Assembly: GCA_963847625.1 (NCBI GenBank)
Contig: CAWKAR010000025.1
Span: forward strand, 32,001-96,000
From: a candidate division FCPU426 bacterium
Lineage (GTDB): Bacteria > Oederibacteriota > Muellerivitia > Muellerivitales > Muellerivitaceae
Direction of reading: 5' to 3'
DNA length: 64,000 bases
Below, piece after piece: positions 47,564 to 57,106 of the stretch. A program made the position numbers and the translations under genes. The notes beneath the pieces are model-generated. The model was not told the origin of the DNA. It ran no database searches and was given only the letters and a program-made list of their open reading frames with translations. Each line of letters starts with the position of its first letter. Within the stretch, counting starts at the first letter, position 1.

Positions 47564-48640
47564 TCAATTAACCAGATTATAAACCGTGTCCCGTTGGTGG
47601 GGCTCAAATCCCATTTCCCGGATCAGCCTCCTCATCTCGTTCAATTCCATCGTATATCGGGTCCCGGTGGAGGACACGACATTTTCCTCCAGCATAATGC
47701 TTCCCAGGTCGTTGGCCCCGTATTTTAAACCCAATTGCCCTATTTTCTTTCCCGGGGTCAGCCAGGAAGCCTGGACGTTCGGCAGGCAATGGTTCAGGAT
47801 GATCCGTGAGATTGCCAGGGTTTTCAGGTAATCCATCCCGCTTGCGCTTTTCAGCCCCAAACTTTCGTTTCCGGGCTGGTACAACCAGGGGATGAAGCCA
47901 AGGAAACCACCCGTCTCTTCCTGCAGTTCGCGGACGCGGAAAACATGCTCGATCCGGTCCTCCACGGTTTCCACGTGCCCGAACATCATGGTGGCGGTGG
48001 ATCTCATTCCCAGCGAATGCACCTCGCGCATGACATCCAGCCATTCTTCGGTGGAAGCCTTCAAGGGGGCGATTTCCCGCCTCACACGGTCCACGAGAAT
48101 CTCGGCCCCTCCCCCCGGCATGGAATCCATCCCGGCCTTTTTGAATTCCATCAGGATTTCCCTGACCGGCATTCCAAAGAGTCCTGAGAAATGCACTAAT
48201 TCGGGAGGTGAAAAAGCATGCAAGGTGATATTCGGATGGGCATTTTTCACCTTCGAAAGCATATCCAAGTACCAATCCAGCTTCAGTTCCGGATTGTGCC
48301 CCCCCTGTAACAAAATCTGGGTGGCGCCCAATGCCTTGGCTTCAGCCACTTTGTGGATGATCTGTTCCGCCTGGTTAACATACCCTTCTTTCTGGTCCCC
48401 CGGCTCGCGGTAAAAAGCGCAGAACTTGCAGTAGGTCACGCAAACGTTAGTGTAATTAATATTGCGGTCGATCAGGTAGGTAGCGATCTTGTCGCCCTTA
48501 GAACGGGTCTTAAGGACATCAGCCATGGTCCCCAGGTTGTTCAAATTGGAACCCTGGTAAAGTTCCAATGCTTCCCCTCTGTCGACGATATGACCGTCCA
48601 TTACTTTTTCCTGTAGGTTTTCCATGGTTGCGGACGGCAT
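47564..48640 (-). CDS. mqnC: Cyclic dehypoxanthine futalosine synthase
   Basis: DRNINYTNVCVTYCKFCAF, LQGG, PGGGAEIL, TATMMFGHVE, GANDLGSIMLEENVV. Confidence 0.92.
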   Translation of the reverse strand: MPSATMENLQEKVMDGHIVDRGEALELYQGSNLNNLGTMADVLKTRSKGDKIATYLIDRNINYTNVCVTYCKFCAFYREPGDQKEGYVNQAEQIIHKVAEAKALGATQILLQGGHNPELKLDWYLDMLSKVKNAHPNITLHAFSPPELVHFSGLFGMPVREILMEFKKAGMDSMPGGGAEILVDRVRREIAPLKASTEEWLDVMREVHSLGMRSTATMMFGHVETVEDRIEHVFRVRELQEETGGFLGFIPWLYQPGNESLGLKSASGMDYLKTLAISRIILNHCLPNVQASWLTPGKKIGQLGLKYGANDLGSIMLEENVVSSTGTRYTMELNEMRRLIREMGFEPHQRDTVYNLVN

Positions 48641-48660
48641 ATTTCTTCTTTTCCCAGTTG

Positions 48661-49554
48661 TTAATGAATGAGTTTCTCTTCTTTTAAAAGCCGTTGGAAT
48701 TCCAACTGGCCCTCCACTTCCTCGGGGCCGTAATGGTAACGGACAAATTTTTCCAGGTACTCTTTCGCCATGGTCCGGTGGAAAACCCAAAGCCCCTTGT
48801 AATGATTCGCGATTTCCTCGCAATGCTTGAGTCCCTCATTCTTGGCGGCCAAAAGGTCGGCCTCGATCTCGCGGGCGATGGGTTCGGAACGGGCCATCCA
48901 AACCGCGTGGATGAAGGGTTTTTGGGTCCTCAAATACCATTCCTCGCCCAAGTCCGTCACGGTCATTCCGGTTGGGGCGGATAACAGCGCCATATCCCCG
49001 AACTGGAGCACAGCCTCCCAGGGCTTGGTTTGGTTGGGGTGGAAAGTCTCCGCCTGGACGGCAACCACTTCCAAATCCTTCACCCCAAACCATTTCTTCA
49101 GGATCAACCGGGACATCAAAACCGAAGTTTGGGAACGGTCATCCACAAAAAGGCGCTGGATAGCCTGGAGGGGCCGGTGGGAAAGAATCCGGATGCTTTT
49201 AATCACCCCATGGCTGCCAATGGCGGCTATGGGAACAATATTGAGCAAGGGATTAAGAAAATAAGCCGCAATGGGGGCGATGGCCACATCCACCTTTCCC
49301 TCCGAGAGCAGCCGACCCATCTGGTTCGGGGTGGATTGGACCAATTGGTGGTGAGTTCCCAAGCCCCAAATCAATGGCTGGATATTAAGAAAAGAAAAAA
49401 ACCCGATTCGCATGGGTTTGGCGGTAAAAACCAAGGGTGCGCTCGGAGCAAGAGGGGTTTCAGGAACGGGAACCGGCGCGGGTTTTTGAGGAACATCTGT
49501 CGCCGGAGTCCCCGAAGTGGTTGATTTGGATTCGCTCATTTTTTCCTCATTCAA
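48661..49554 (-). CDS. mqnA: Chorismate dehydratase
   Basis: FLNIQPL, SQTS, GD.AL, DLGEEW...T.KPF..AVW; located between mqnE and mqnC. Confidence 0.9.
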   Translation of the reverse strand: MNEEKMSESKSTTSGTPATDVPQKPAPVPVPETPLAPSAPLVFTAKPMRIGFFSFLNIQPLIWGLGTHHQLVQSTPNQMGRLLSEGKVDVAIAPIAAYFLNPLLNIVPIAAIGSHGVIKSIRILSHRPLQAIQRLFVDDRSQTSVLMSRLILKKWFGVKDLEVVAVQAETFHPNQTKPWEAVLQFGDMALLSAPTGMTVTDLGEEWYLRTQKPFIHAVWMARSEPIAREIEADLLAAKNEGLKHCEEIANHYKGLWVFHRTMAKEYLEKFVRYHYGPEEVEGQLEFQRLLKEEKLIH

Positions 49555-49565
49555 ACATAAATAGA

Positions 49566-50687
49566 TTAAACACTCACCGGGGTTTTTCCTTTGGCGCCAT
49601 GGATTTCATGGTACAAGGTGTCCCTTTCCACCGGAACACACCTGGCTTCCCGAATCAACTTCTGAAGGTCCTGGACCGTCATGGCCTGTGGCGTGTCGCT
49701 TCCGGCCATCCGGTAGATATTTTCCTCGATGACCGTCCCGTCAATGTCGTCCACTCCGAACGATAGGGAAAGCTGGGCCAGTTTTGCGCCCAGGGTCACC
49801 CAATAGGCCTTGATGTGGTCGAAATTATCCAGGTAGGCCCTCGCCACCGCGAGGGTTTTCAGGTCCTCGATGCCGGAGGGTCGGGCGTATTGATCCATGG
49901 AGGTGTGGTCGGGATGGAATGCCAGGGGGATAAAGGTCTGGAAGCCCCCGGTCTCATCCTGCAATTCCCTCAGGCGCCTCATATGGTCCACCCGGTGTTC
50001 ATATTTCTCAATATAGCCGTAAAGCATGGTGGCGTTGGTCCTCAACCCCAGTCCGTGGGCGGAGCGGTGGACATCCAGCCATTGTTTGGCGTCGGCTTTG
50101 CCCGGGCAGATTTGCTCCCGGATCTCGGGATGGAAAATTTCCGCCCCGCCTCCCGGCATGGAATCTAGCCCCGCTTCCTTCAGCCTCGACAGGACCTCCC
50201 GGACGGGTAGGTTGAACTTGTCGGCGAAATAATGGATTTCCACGGCCGTGAAGCATTTCAAATGGACGGTCGGGACTGTCTTTTTCAGCAACTGGAGCAG
50301 GGTCTCGTACCAATCCAGTTCGTACTTGGGATGGAGCCCCCCCACGATATGCAGTTCGGTGATGTGTTCCTTCTCAAAGGCTTCCAGCGCTTTTTGCGCC
50401 ATCTGCTGGTGGGTGAAACTGAATTCGCCCTCTTCCCCCTCGAACCGGGAAAAGGCGCAGAACCTGCAGGACGTGTCGCAGACGTTGGAATAGTCGATAT
50501 GCCGGTTGATGTTGTAATAGGTGCGGTTGCCGTTCTTCCTTTCCCGGACCAGGTTGGCCAGGGCCCCCAGGACGAAAAGGTCGTTGGTCTCGAACAGGCG
50601 GAGGGCGTCCTCGTCCGAAAGGCGGTTTCCCGCCTGAACTTTCTCGAACAGGTCCTTAATGGGTGAGACTGATAGTTGGCGTTTCAA
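49566..50687 (-). CDS. mqnE: Aminofutalosine synthase
   Basis: NRHIDYSNVCDTSCRFCAF, ELHIVGG, FIPLAFHP, NFDHIKAYW, DIDGTVIEE.I..MAG. TTG start overlaps the upstream stop. Confidence 0.92.
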   Translation of the reverse strand: MKRQLSVSPIKDLFEKVQAGNRLSDEDALRLFETNDLFVLGALANLVRERKNGNRTYYNINRHIDYSNVCDTSCRFCAFSRFEGEEGEFSFTHQQMAQKALEAFEKEHITELHIVGGLHPKYELDWYETLLQLLKKTVPTVHLKCFTAVEIHYFADKFNLPVREVLSRLKEAGLDSMPGGGAEIFHPEIREQICPGKADAKQWLDVHRSAHGLGLRTNATMLYGYIEKYEHRVDHMRRLRELQDETGGFQTFIPLAFHPDHTSMDQYARPSGIEDLKTLAVARAYLDNFDHIKAYWVTLGAKLAQLSLSFGVDDIDGTVIEENIYRMAGSDTPQAMTVQDLQKLIREARCVPVERDTLYHEIHGAKGKTPVSV

Positions 50688-51568
50688 AACCAAATGGCGG
50701 CTCCCACAACCAGGAAATATAGGATTGAAATCCAACCGTTTAGTTTCATCATGGAAGGCGAAAGATAAAAGATGGTTTTTCCCCTATTGGTCTCAAGGCG
50801 GTATGCGTGGCGGTGTTGGTAAAAAAGGATAGCCCCGATGAGGGCCACCCCCAGGTAATAAATCATAGGAAAACCCGCCTGGGCCCCGAAGCCAGCCAAA
50901 AATCCTAACATAAGGGTATGGAAGAATCGAGAGGCCTTTAGGCTGTTGGCCAGGCCCCAACGGGTAATCCAGGAATGAAGGCCCTCCGCCCGGTCAAACG
51001 CCTCGTCCTGGGTGGAGTAAAGGATGTCGAACCCCGCCAGGAAACAAATCACCGCCGCCAACAGCCAAAAGGGGTCCCACTCCAGTTTTCCTGTCGCCGC
51101 GATCCAGGCCCCGACCGGAGCCACCCCCAGGGCCAGTCCTAGGAACAAGTGGGAGGTCCAGGTGAACCGCTTGGTGTGGGTGTAGAAAAAGAGGATGACC
51201 AGGACCAGGGGGGAAAGCTTGAACGCCAGGGGGTTCAAGGGGATGCAGGAAAGCACGAAACCGAAACTCGTGGCCCAAACCAGGATCTTGACCTGCCAGG
51301 GCTTGATGCGCCCCGCCGGGATGTCCCGGTCTTTCGTCCGGGGGTTCTTAGCGTCGATATTCGCGTCGATCAAGCGGTTGTAGGCCATGGCCGTCGTGCG
51401 GGCCAGGACCATGCAAACAATTACCCAGAAAAGGACGTGCAAGGAGGGTTTCCCATGGGTCGCCGTCAAGAGGCTCGCGAGGGCGAACGGCAGCGCGAAT
51501 ACCGAGTGGGGTAGGACGACCAGGTTGCTGATGGTCTTCAATCCCCTGAAAATTTTTAACTCGGGCAT
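50684..51568 (-). CDS. UbiA-family prenyltransferase (MqnP-like)
   Basis: HSVFALPFA, ARTTAMAYNRLID..IDAKNPRT..R.IP.G, FDILYS.QD..FD. Confidence 0.9.
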   Translation of the reverse strand: MPELKIFRGLKTISNLVVLPHSVFALPFALASLLTATHGKPSLHVLFWVIVCMVLARTTAMAYNRLIDANIDAKNPRTKDRDIPAGRIKPWQVKILVWATSFGFVLSCIPLNPLAFKLSPLVLVILFFYTHTKRFTWTSHLFLGLALGVAPVGAWIAATGKLEWDPFWLLAAVICFLAGFDILYSTQDEAFDRAEGLHSWITRWGLANSLKASRFFHTLMLGFLAGFGAQAGFPMIYYLGVALIGAILFYQHRHAYRLETNRGKTIFYLSPSMMKLNGWISILYFLVVGAAIWF

Positions 51569-51650
51569 ATAACACCTTGCACCATTTGAGAATTTAAACC
51601 AGGTTGGCTGTTAAAGTGAATTTATAAATCCAGCGGACAAAAACCAAGAA

Positions 51651-52550
51651 TTAAAGTTTCTTGAATAAAAACCAGTGGTTTTTCCGGCTCCAATAAGTGG
51701 TATAAGCTTTTCCCTTAATCAATCTCTCATCCAATGTTCCAAAATATCGCGAATCCAAGCTATTATCACGGTTGTCCCTAAGCATGTAGTAATTTCCTGG
51801 ACCAACTGTAACCGGGCCAAAATTGTCCCTCTGGGTGTTAAGAGAATCGCCCCTTGGAATAATGAGTGGATCGACATGTTTCACATAAGGCTCGGTTTGT
51901 TTTTGCCCATTAATATAAAGGAACTTATTTTTCATTTCCAAAACATCCCCTGGTGTGCCTAAGCAACGCTTCATATAAATCTTACTTTGATCCGGGGGAT
52001 AAAGAAAAATCACAATATCTCCTTTTTTCGGTTTGTGAATCTGAAAAAACCTTGGGGTTTTATTGAAAAATGAGTGCCCATAGAAAAATTGGTTAGAAAT
52101 AAGAAAATCCCCTGGCATCAAAGTATCTTCCATGGAACCAGAAGGCATACTATATGGGCAAATAAAAAAACTCATGCCTATTCGGATAGGGAAAATGCTT
52201 AAAAAGGTTATGCCTATAAAACTAAGAAAAATGAAACAAGTATCTTTGAAACTTTGATTCAATCTTTTTTTTACAACGAACCATCCAACCGCAATGGGCA
52301 AAATAATACCAACGAACTGAAACCAAAATTCGTTTTTCCATCCAAGCCCAACGAGTAAAGAAGCTACCAATACTGCCGGTAACAATACGGCTAACTGTGA
52401 CAGCATGATAAATAATCCGGTTTTATAATATTCCATAAAAGAGAAACCAAGTTTTTTGCTAAAAGTCCGAAAGATGTATGCAAAAAGGGCAGGTGGAATT
52501 GTATAAACAAGCAAAAGTATGATTAAAAAATATCCAATTAATAAACCCAT
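51651..52550 (-). CDS. Signal peptidase I paralog with extended N-terminal membrane domain
   Basis: PSGSMEDTL (catalytic Ser), YMKRCLG (catalytic Lys), RDNRDNSLDSRYFG; about 4 TM helices at the N-terminus; AT-rich. Confidence 0.85.
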   Translation of the reverse strand: MGLLIGYFLIILLLVYTIPPALFAYIFRTFSKKLGFSFMEYYKTGLFIMLSQLAVLLPAVLVASLLVGLGWKNEFWFQFVGIILPIAVGWFVVKKRLNQSFKDTCFIFLSFIGITFLSIFPIRIGMSFFICPYSMPSGSMEDTLMPGDFLISNQFFYGHSFFNKTPRFFQIHKPKKGDIVIFLYPPDQSKIYMKRCLGTPGDVLEMKNKFLYINGQKQTEPYVKHVDPLIIPRGDSLNTQRDNFGPVTVGPGNYYMLRDNRDNSLDSRYFGTLDERLIKGKAYTTYWSRKNHWFLFKKL

Positions 52551-52589
52551 TATTTAAATCCTCAAATTGGGTAGGTAAATCTTCTAGTT

Positions 52590-53309
52590 TTAACGCAAAG
52601 CAAACTCGGGCATTTGATCCCAAGTCCGGCCCTCTAATAACCGCCCATTCTTCTTTTTCCAAACACCGCCCCATTGCTTAAAGAAAAAAGGGACTTTGTC
52701 TTTTTTGCACTGCTTGCGAATATCAATGACCCATTCTTTTTCCATGGGCCGCGCCCCCGGGCCCGATTCACCCCCTACGATGGCCCAGTGAATGCCTTTC
52801 AGCTTCAAATTGGGGATAGGGCCCAATAAAGGTTCCAATGATAGGAATTTGATTTTGGCTTTTGATTTTCTTAATGAATCAATGCGGTAGGTAAATTTAT
52901 CGGATTCCACGCTAACACCCATCCAAATATTGGGCGTCCATTTCAGGTTCGGACTTAGTTTTTCCAGTCGGTCGGCCCTCTTCGTTAATACCTGGAATTG
53001 ATGCCAATGGGCTTGATTCATCACCTCGAAAATCTGCTTAACGAATTTCAACGGGATATCTTGGTGAAAAAGGTCGGACATTGAATTGACGAAGATGGTT
53101 CTCGGTTCTTTCCATGCGAGCGGTAATTTCAAGCGTTCGGGCCAGATTTTAAGGTCAAAACCCTGCTCATAGGGATGGTTCGGGGTTCCCCGCCATCTTT
53201 CCGCGAACCGTTCCGCGTAGCAATTCGCGCATCCGGCGCTCACCTTGTGGCACCCGGTTACCGGATTCCAGGTTGAATCGGTCCATTCGATTGTGGAGTT
53301 CTCAGCCAT
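52590..53309 (-). CDS. Phage Gp37/Gp68-family (DUF5131) radical-SAM-like protein
   Basis: IEWTDSTWNPVTGC.KVS.GC.NCYA, FVNSMSDLFH, LTKR, FLSLEPLLG, VGGESG..ARPM, FFFKQWGG. Confidence 0.93.
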   Translation of the reverse strand: MAENSTIEWTDSTWNPVTGCHKVSAGCANCYAERFAERWRGTPNHPYEQGFDLKIWPERLKLPLAWKEPRTIFVNSMSDLFHQDIPLKFVKQIFEVMNQAHWHQFQVLTKRADRLEKLSPNLKWTPNIWMGVSVESDKFTYRIDSLRKSKAKIKFLSLEPLLGPIPNLKLKGIHWAIVGGESGPGARPMEKEWVIDIRKQCKKDKVPFFFKQWGGVWKKKNGRLLEGRTWDQMPEFALR

Positions 53310-54135
53310 TAACCTTTTCCTTTATCTCTGTACTTATTAAATATTTCCTCAACAATTTTAGCCCCAACTGGTTTATGTGAGGCAAAAAACAAATAATAAA
53401 CTGTTGCTCCTTTAGAATTCCTCATTGGTAATGGTTCAGGGCATAAGAGAAACCTCCAACTTCTTTTAATCTTTTCCTGAACGCCTCAACAATAGCATCA
53501 TTAGCATCAGGCACTTTTTTCATCCAACCAAACAAGGTGCTTTGAGTTTCATATACTGCTTTTTTCCAAGAATCATTGCCCCAAAAAGCATCCATTCTTG
53601 CGGCTTGTGAAGGTTCTACCATTTCTGGATTTTTCCAAAGAACATTTTGATTCATATCCATTACTGGGAAATTAAGAAAGATCTCGATACTCTTCATTTG
53701 TCCAGCTTTATGAATCACATCCCATTTTAAATGAAGACCATAGGGGTCAAGTAGGCATAAGCCACGACGATAATCTTCGAAACGGATTTTAGGGAAAATT
53801 TCATTTAATAAAATTTCATTACAATTACCTTCAAATACTGAAACGTTAGTATTTTCTCGGGTTAATAGTTTCAGCAATTTGAATTTATCTTTATTTATGT
53901 CGATAAGATAAAGCTTTTTAAAAGGGGGTTCTATATTCAAGGCATTTAAAGGACTACCAGGTATAAACTTTCCGCTTTCTCTTGAGAGATGGACCCCTGC
54001 ACCCGCAAAAGCATCTAGATAGGCATGTTCTAGGTTTTTTTGGGAAGTTAATATCTTCGAATATGCCGCAGCGTAATCTTTAACAATATCGAGTTTGATT
54101 TCGGACCAATAATTAATCGTGTCAAAATTAAGCAT
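53309..54135 (-). pseudogene. Three-Cys-motif partner protein TcmP (methyltransferase-fold), frameshifted near the 3' end
   Basis: WSEIKLDI, YLDAFAGAG, GSPLNAL, LLDPYG motifs. The C-terminus PEPLPMRNSKGATVYYLFFAS...KG* continues in another frame after ~53440, and its TAA overlaps the DUF5131 ATG. Confidence 0.85.
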
Positions 54136-55190
54136 CCCGAGTTCCATAAGTAAGTGCAACACTTAGTGTCTGAAGAAGGCCGCATGAATAGGATATGCGG
54201 CTATGAAAAAGAAATACAAGCATTTAAGCGTTGAAGAAAGAGATCATTTATCCGTCTTGAAAGGAAAGGGTCTTAGCCTTCGAGCAATTTCACGCGCCTT
54301 GAAGAGGTCTCCTTCCACCCTCTCCAGGGAACTCAAGCGCAATGCTCCCCCTATCCGTTCTGGTTATTATCTTTCTCATCGAGCCCATCAACGGTATGTT
54401 GACCGCAACCAACAACGAGCACGCCGTTTACGCCTGAAAACAAAACGAATTCGTGCCTACGTCCGTCGTCAATTGAAACGAGGCTGGTCTCCAGAACTCA
54501 TTTCAGGTCGATTAGGTCACCTACGGCCTAAGCAAACCATTGGTCCTGAAGCTATCTATCAGTGGGTTTATGCTGAAGCCACTGAGCTGATTCCTTGCCT
54601 AGTTCGACACCACCGGCGACGATTCTCATTTGGCCATAGCCGTAAGCACGCCAAAAACCATATCCCAGGCCGTGTTTCCATCGATAAGCGCTCCGAGATC
54701 GCCAATCAACGCAAGCAATTCGGCCATTGGGAAACCGACACCATGGTCTCTCGTCAGAGTAAAGTGGCTATGCGGGCTCTCGTCGAGCGTCAAAGCCGTT
54801 TTTCCAAGTTGGGAAAGCTCAAACGAAAGACCGCTCGCCAAATGAGTCATAGCCTCAACCGCGCTTTATGCCGCTTCCCTCAAGACGCCCGCCTGAGTCT
54901 GACCTATGACAACGGAACCGAAAACACCAACCACTTGGAAACCAACCACGTGCTTGGTACAAAATCCTTTTTCTGCGCCCCTTTCCACAGTTGGGAAAAA
55001 GGTACGGTGGAAAATACTATCGGTCTTGTCCGCCGCCATTTGCCTAAAAAGACTGATCTTGCTAAAGTGTCCTTCAAAGAATTCAGGACCATAGAAAGAT
55101 GGCTCAATAACAGGCCCAGGAAATGTTTGGGCTTTAAAACTCCGGCGGAAGTCTTCCGGCGAAGTGTTGCACTTACTCCGTGAATTCGGC
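54136..55190 (+). mobile_element. IS30-family insertion sequence, copy 3 (1055 bp)
   Basis: Same ends as copy 1; one silent difference noticed (GTG vs GTT, Val); flanks CAT/TAT do not match perfectly. Confidence 0.96.
54203..55183 (+). CDS. IS30-family transposase
   Basis: Protein identical to the other two copies. Confidence 0.96.
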   Translation: MKKKYKHLSVEERDHLSVLKGKGLSLRAISRALKRSPSTLSRELKRNAPPIRSGYYLSHRAHQRYVDRNQQRARRLRLKTKRIRAYVRRQLKRGWSPELISGRLGHLRPKQTIGPEAIYQWVYAEATELIPCLVRHHRRRFSFGHSRKHAKNHIPGRVSIDKRSEIANQRKQFGHWETDTMVSRQSKVAMRALVERQSRFSKLGKLKRKTARQMSHSLNRALCRFPQDARLSLTYDNGTENTNHLETNHVLGTKSFFCAPFHSWEKGTVENTIGLVRRHLPKKTDLAKVSFKEFRTIERWLNNRPRKCLGFKTPAEVFRRSVALTP

Positions 55191-55216
55191 TATAAGAAAA
55201 AAGCTTAGAAACATTT

Positions 55217-55603
55217 TCAATTTTTTACCTCTTCTGGATTCTGTTTCGGGTTTTCCAATGATTTTTTAGATGGGCTTGCATCAGAATTAATAATAGAAAT
55301 AGGAGGTAATTTTCCCTTACTTTGAGCCGCTACTGCCAAAATATTCAACAATCTTTTATTATCACTATTTTGTAATTTATTTTCTCCCTTTGTTCGATCA
55401 TCTTCACATTTTTCCACAATAGCTATTGAGGTATTTATGAAGATTGCAACGGCAAAAAATACCCACCCAATTAGAGCAACACTTCCAAAAATATTTTTCC
55501 AAATAGTTTTTAACCTGTACTTTTGTCTGTTTTCAATTTTACCTGCCACAAAACTAAGAAATGGGGAAAGGAAAGATTTTATTATTACAATAAAATATCC
55601 CAT
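55217..55603 (-). CDS. Hypothetical membrane protein (AT-rich island)
   Basis: 128-aa ORF with a TM segment and GGAG upstream. Confidence 0.5.
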   Translation of the reverse strand: MGYFIVIIKSFLSPFLSFVAGKIENRQKYRLKTIWKNIFGSVALIGWVFFAVAIFINTSIAIVEKCEDDRTKGENKLQNSDNKRLLNILAVAAQSKGKLPPISIINSDASPSKKSLENPKQNPEEVKN

Positions 55604-55943
55604 GTGAAAAACTCCAATGTGAATTTAAACCTTTCTCTGGTTTCTGTAACTATAAGCTTTATTTTGAACATAAATTACTAAATTTGATACTGGCCCACAC
55701 TGGTTAAAAGATAGAACTTTCTAAGTTTTATTTTAGACACCGCAAAATTAACCAATTATATTTTCCATTTTAATTTCCTTGGCAACAATATCAACATGAT
55801 CACCTTCTATAAACTCTTTTTCTGAACAACATTTTTTAAACTTTCATGTGTGGGCATTCTTCCGAATCAATATTTTTACCGCAAATGTTACATTCCACAC
55901 GATCTATTATTGACCTTCCCCCAATGTTTGATCCAAATTTAAG

Positions 55944-56774
55944 TTAGTTAAGGCCCAACTTTTCGGCCTTTGCTTCCATTGGGGTTTTTCCCCCCAAACT
56001 GCTGTGCGGTCTCTGCCAGTTATACACCTGCCTCCACCAATCCACGACTACCTGGGCCTCCGCTTTTGAAAGAAAAATTTCTTGGTTCAGGCACTCATCC
56101 CTAAACTTTCCGTTGAAACTTTCGATGAATCCATTCTGCCATGGACTCCCTGGTTCGATATATAGCACCTCTACGCCCTTCTCCTCAAGCCAGTTCCTCA
56201 GTTCTTTCGCCACGAACTCTGGCCCGTTGTCCACCCGCAGGCACTTTGGTGTCCCGTACTCCGTCATCAACTCGTCCAGCGTCTCCAGCACGTCCCGGCT
56301 TCTCATTCGCTTCTCCGCCCGGATCTCCAAGCATTCCCTAAATCCTTCATCCAACACCGTCAAAAACTTCACCTTTCCCCCGAACCATGTCAGGTCATGC
56401 ACGAAGTCCATCGTCCACACCTCGTTGGAACCCAAAGCCGGGTGGGGCCTTCTCCATTCCGTCGGAACCCTCTTCTTCCTGGGTCTCCTGCGCGGTAATT
56501 GAAGCCCTGCTACCTGGTAGAGCCTCTCCACCCGCTTGTGATTCACATCAAGGCCTCTGCGTTCCAACATCCACAACATCCGAGGGCTTCCGAAACGTCG
56601 GTTTCTTTGCGCTAACTTAACCATTTCCTGCAGGATCACCTGGTTCAACGGATCTTCTGGCTGGGCCTCATATCGAAAACTCGATCGATTTACCCCAAGA
56701 ACATCACAGGCTCGTCTTTCCGGTACTTCCTGAGCCTTCAGGGCTTCCACCATGCCTTTTTGCTCCTCGATCAA
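55944..56774 (-). CDS. IS3-family transposase OrfB (integrase core)
   Basis: WTMDFVHD, LTVLDE, DNGPEF, PGSPWQNGFIESFNGKFRDECLN. Confidence 0.95.
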   Translation of the reverse strand: MIEEQKGMVEALKAQEVPERRACDVLGVNRSSFRYEAQPEDPLNQVILQEMVKLAQRNRRFGSPRMLWMLERRGLDVNHKRVERLYQVAGLQLPRRRPRKKRVPTEWRRPHPALGSNEVWTMDFVHDLTWFGGKVKFLTVLDEGFRECLEIRAEKRMRSRDVLETLDELMTEYGTPKCLRVDNGPEFVAKELRNWLEEKGVEVLYIEPGSPWQNGFIESFNGKFRDECLNQEIFLSKAEAQVVVDWWRQVYNWQRPHSSLGGKTPMEAKAEKLGLN

Positions 56775-57040
56775 TACCCCTTTTTTTTTATGTGCTCTTG
56801 GAGAACCTGAATAGCCAGGGCCTGATCACCCGCTAACTGCTTGAGTTTCCGGTTTTCTTCTTCCAGCTGTTTGATGCGGTGGACTTCGGAAACTCCAAGG
56901 CTTCCGTACATGCGTTTCCAGCGGTAGTAAGTCTGCTCGGAAATGCCATGCTTTCGGAGAACTTCCTCAACGGCGGGAGCTTTCTCCGCCTCGCGGAGAA
57001 TAGCCACTATCTGCTCAGATAAAAACCGTTTCTTTGCCAT
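56771..57040 (-). CDS. IS3-family transposase OrfA
   Basis: KKRF..EQIVAILREA...RKHGISEQTYYRWK..YG...LEEEN.KLK. Confidence 0.95.
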   Translation of the reverse strand: MAKKRFLSEQIVAILREAEKAPAVEEVLRKHGISEQTYYRWKRMYGSLGVSEVHRIKQLEEENRKLKQLAGDQALAIQVLQEHIKKKGY

Positions 57041-57106
57041 CTTTCCCCTCCCGATCTATAATCCAAAACTAACATATTTTTGGATCAGTTTTCGGGGGAA
57101 AGGTCA

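Larger units (their letters stand above)
55911..57106 (-). mobile_element. IS3-family insertion sequence (1196 bp)
   Basis: TG...CA ends with IRs TGACCTTCCCCCAATGTTTGATCCA / TGGATCAGTTTTCGGGGGAAAGGTCA; orfA-orfB layout with an A9G slippery run at 56780-56789; no target duplication. Confidence 0.94.
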
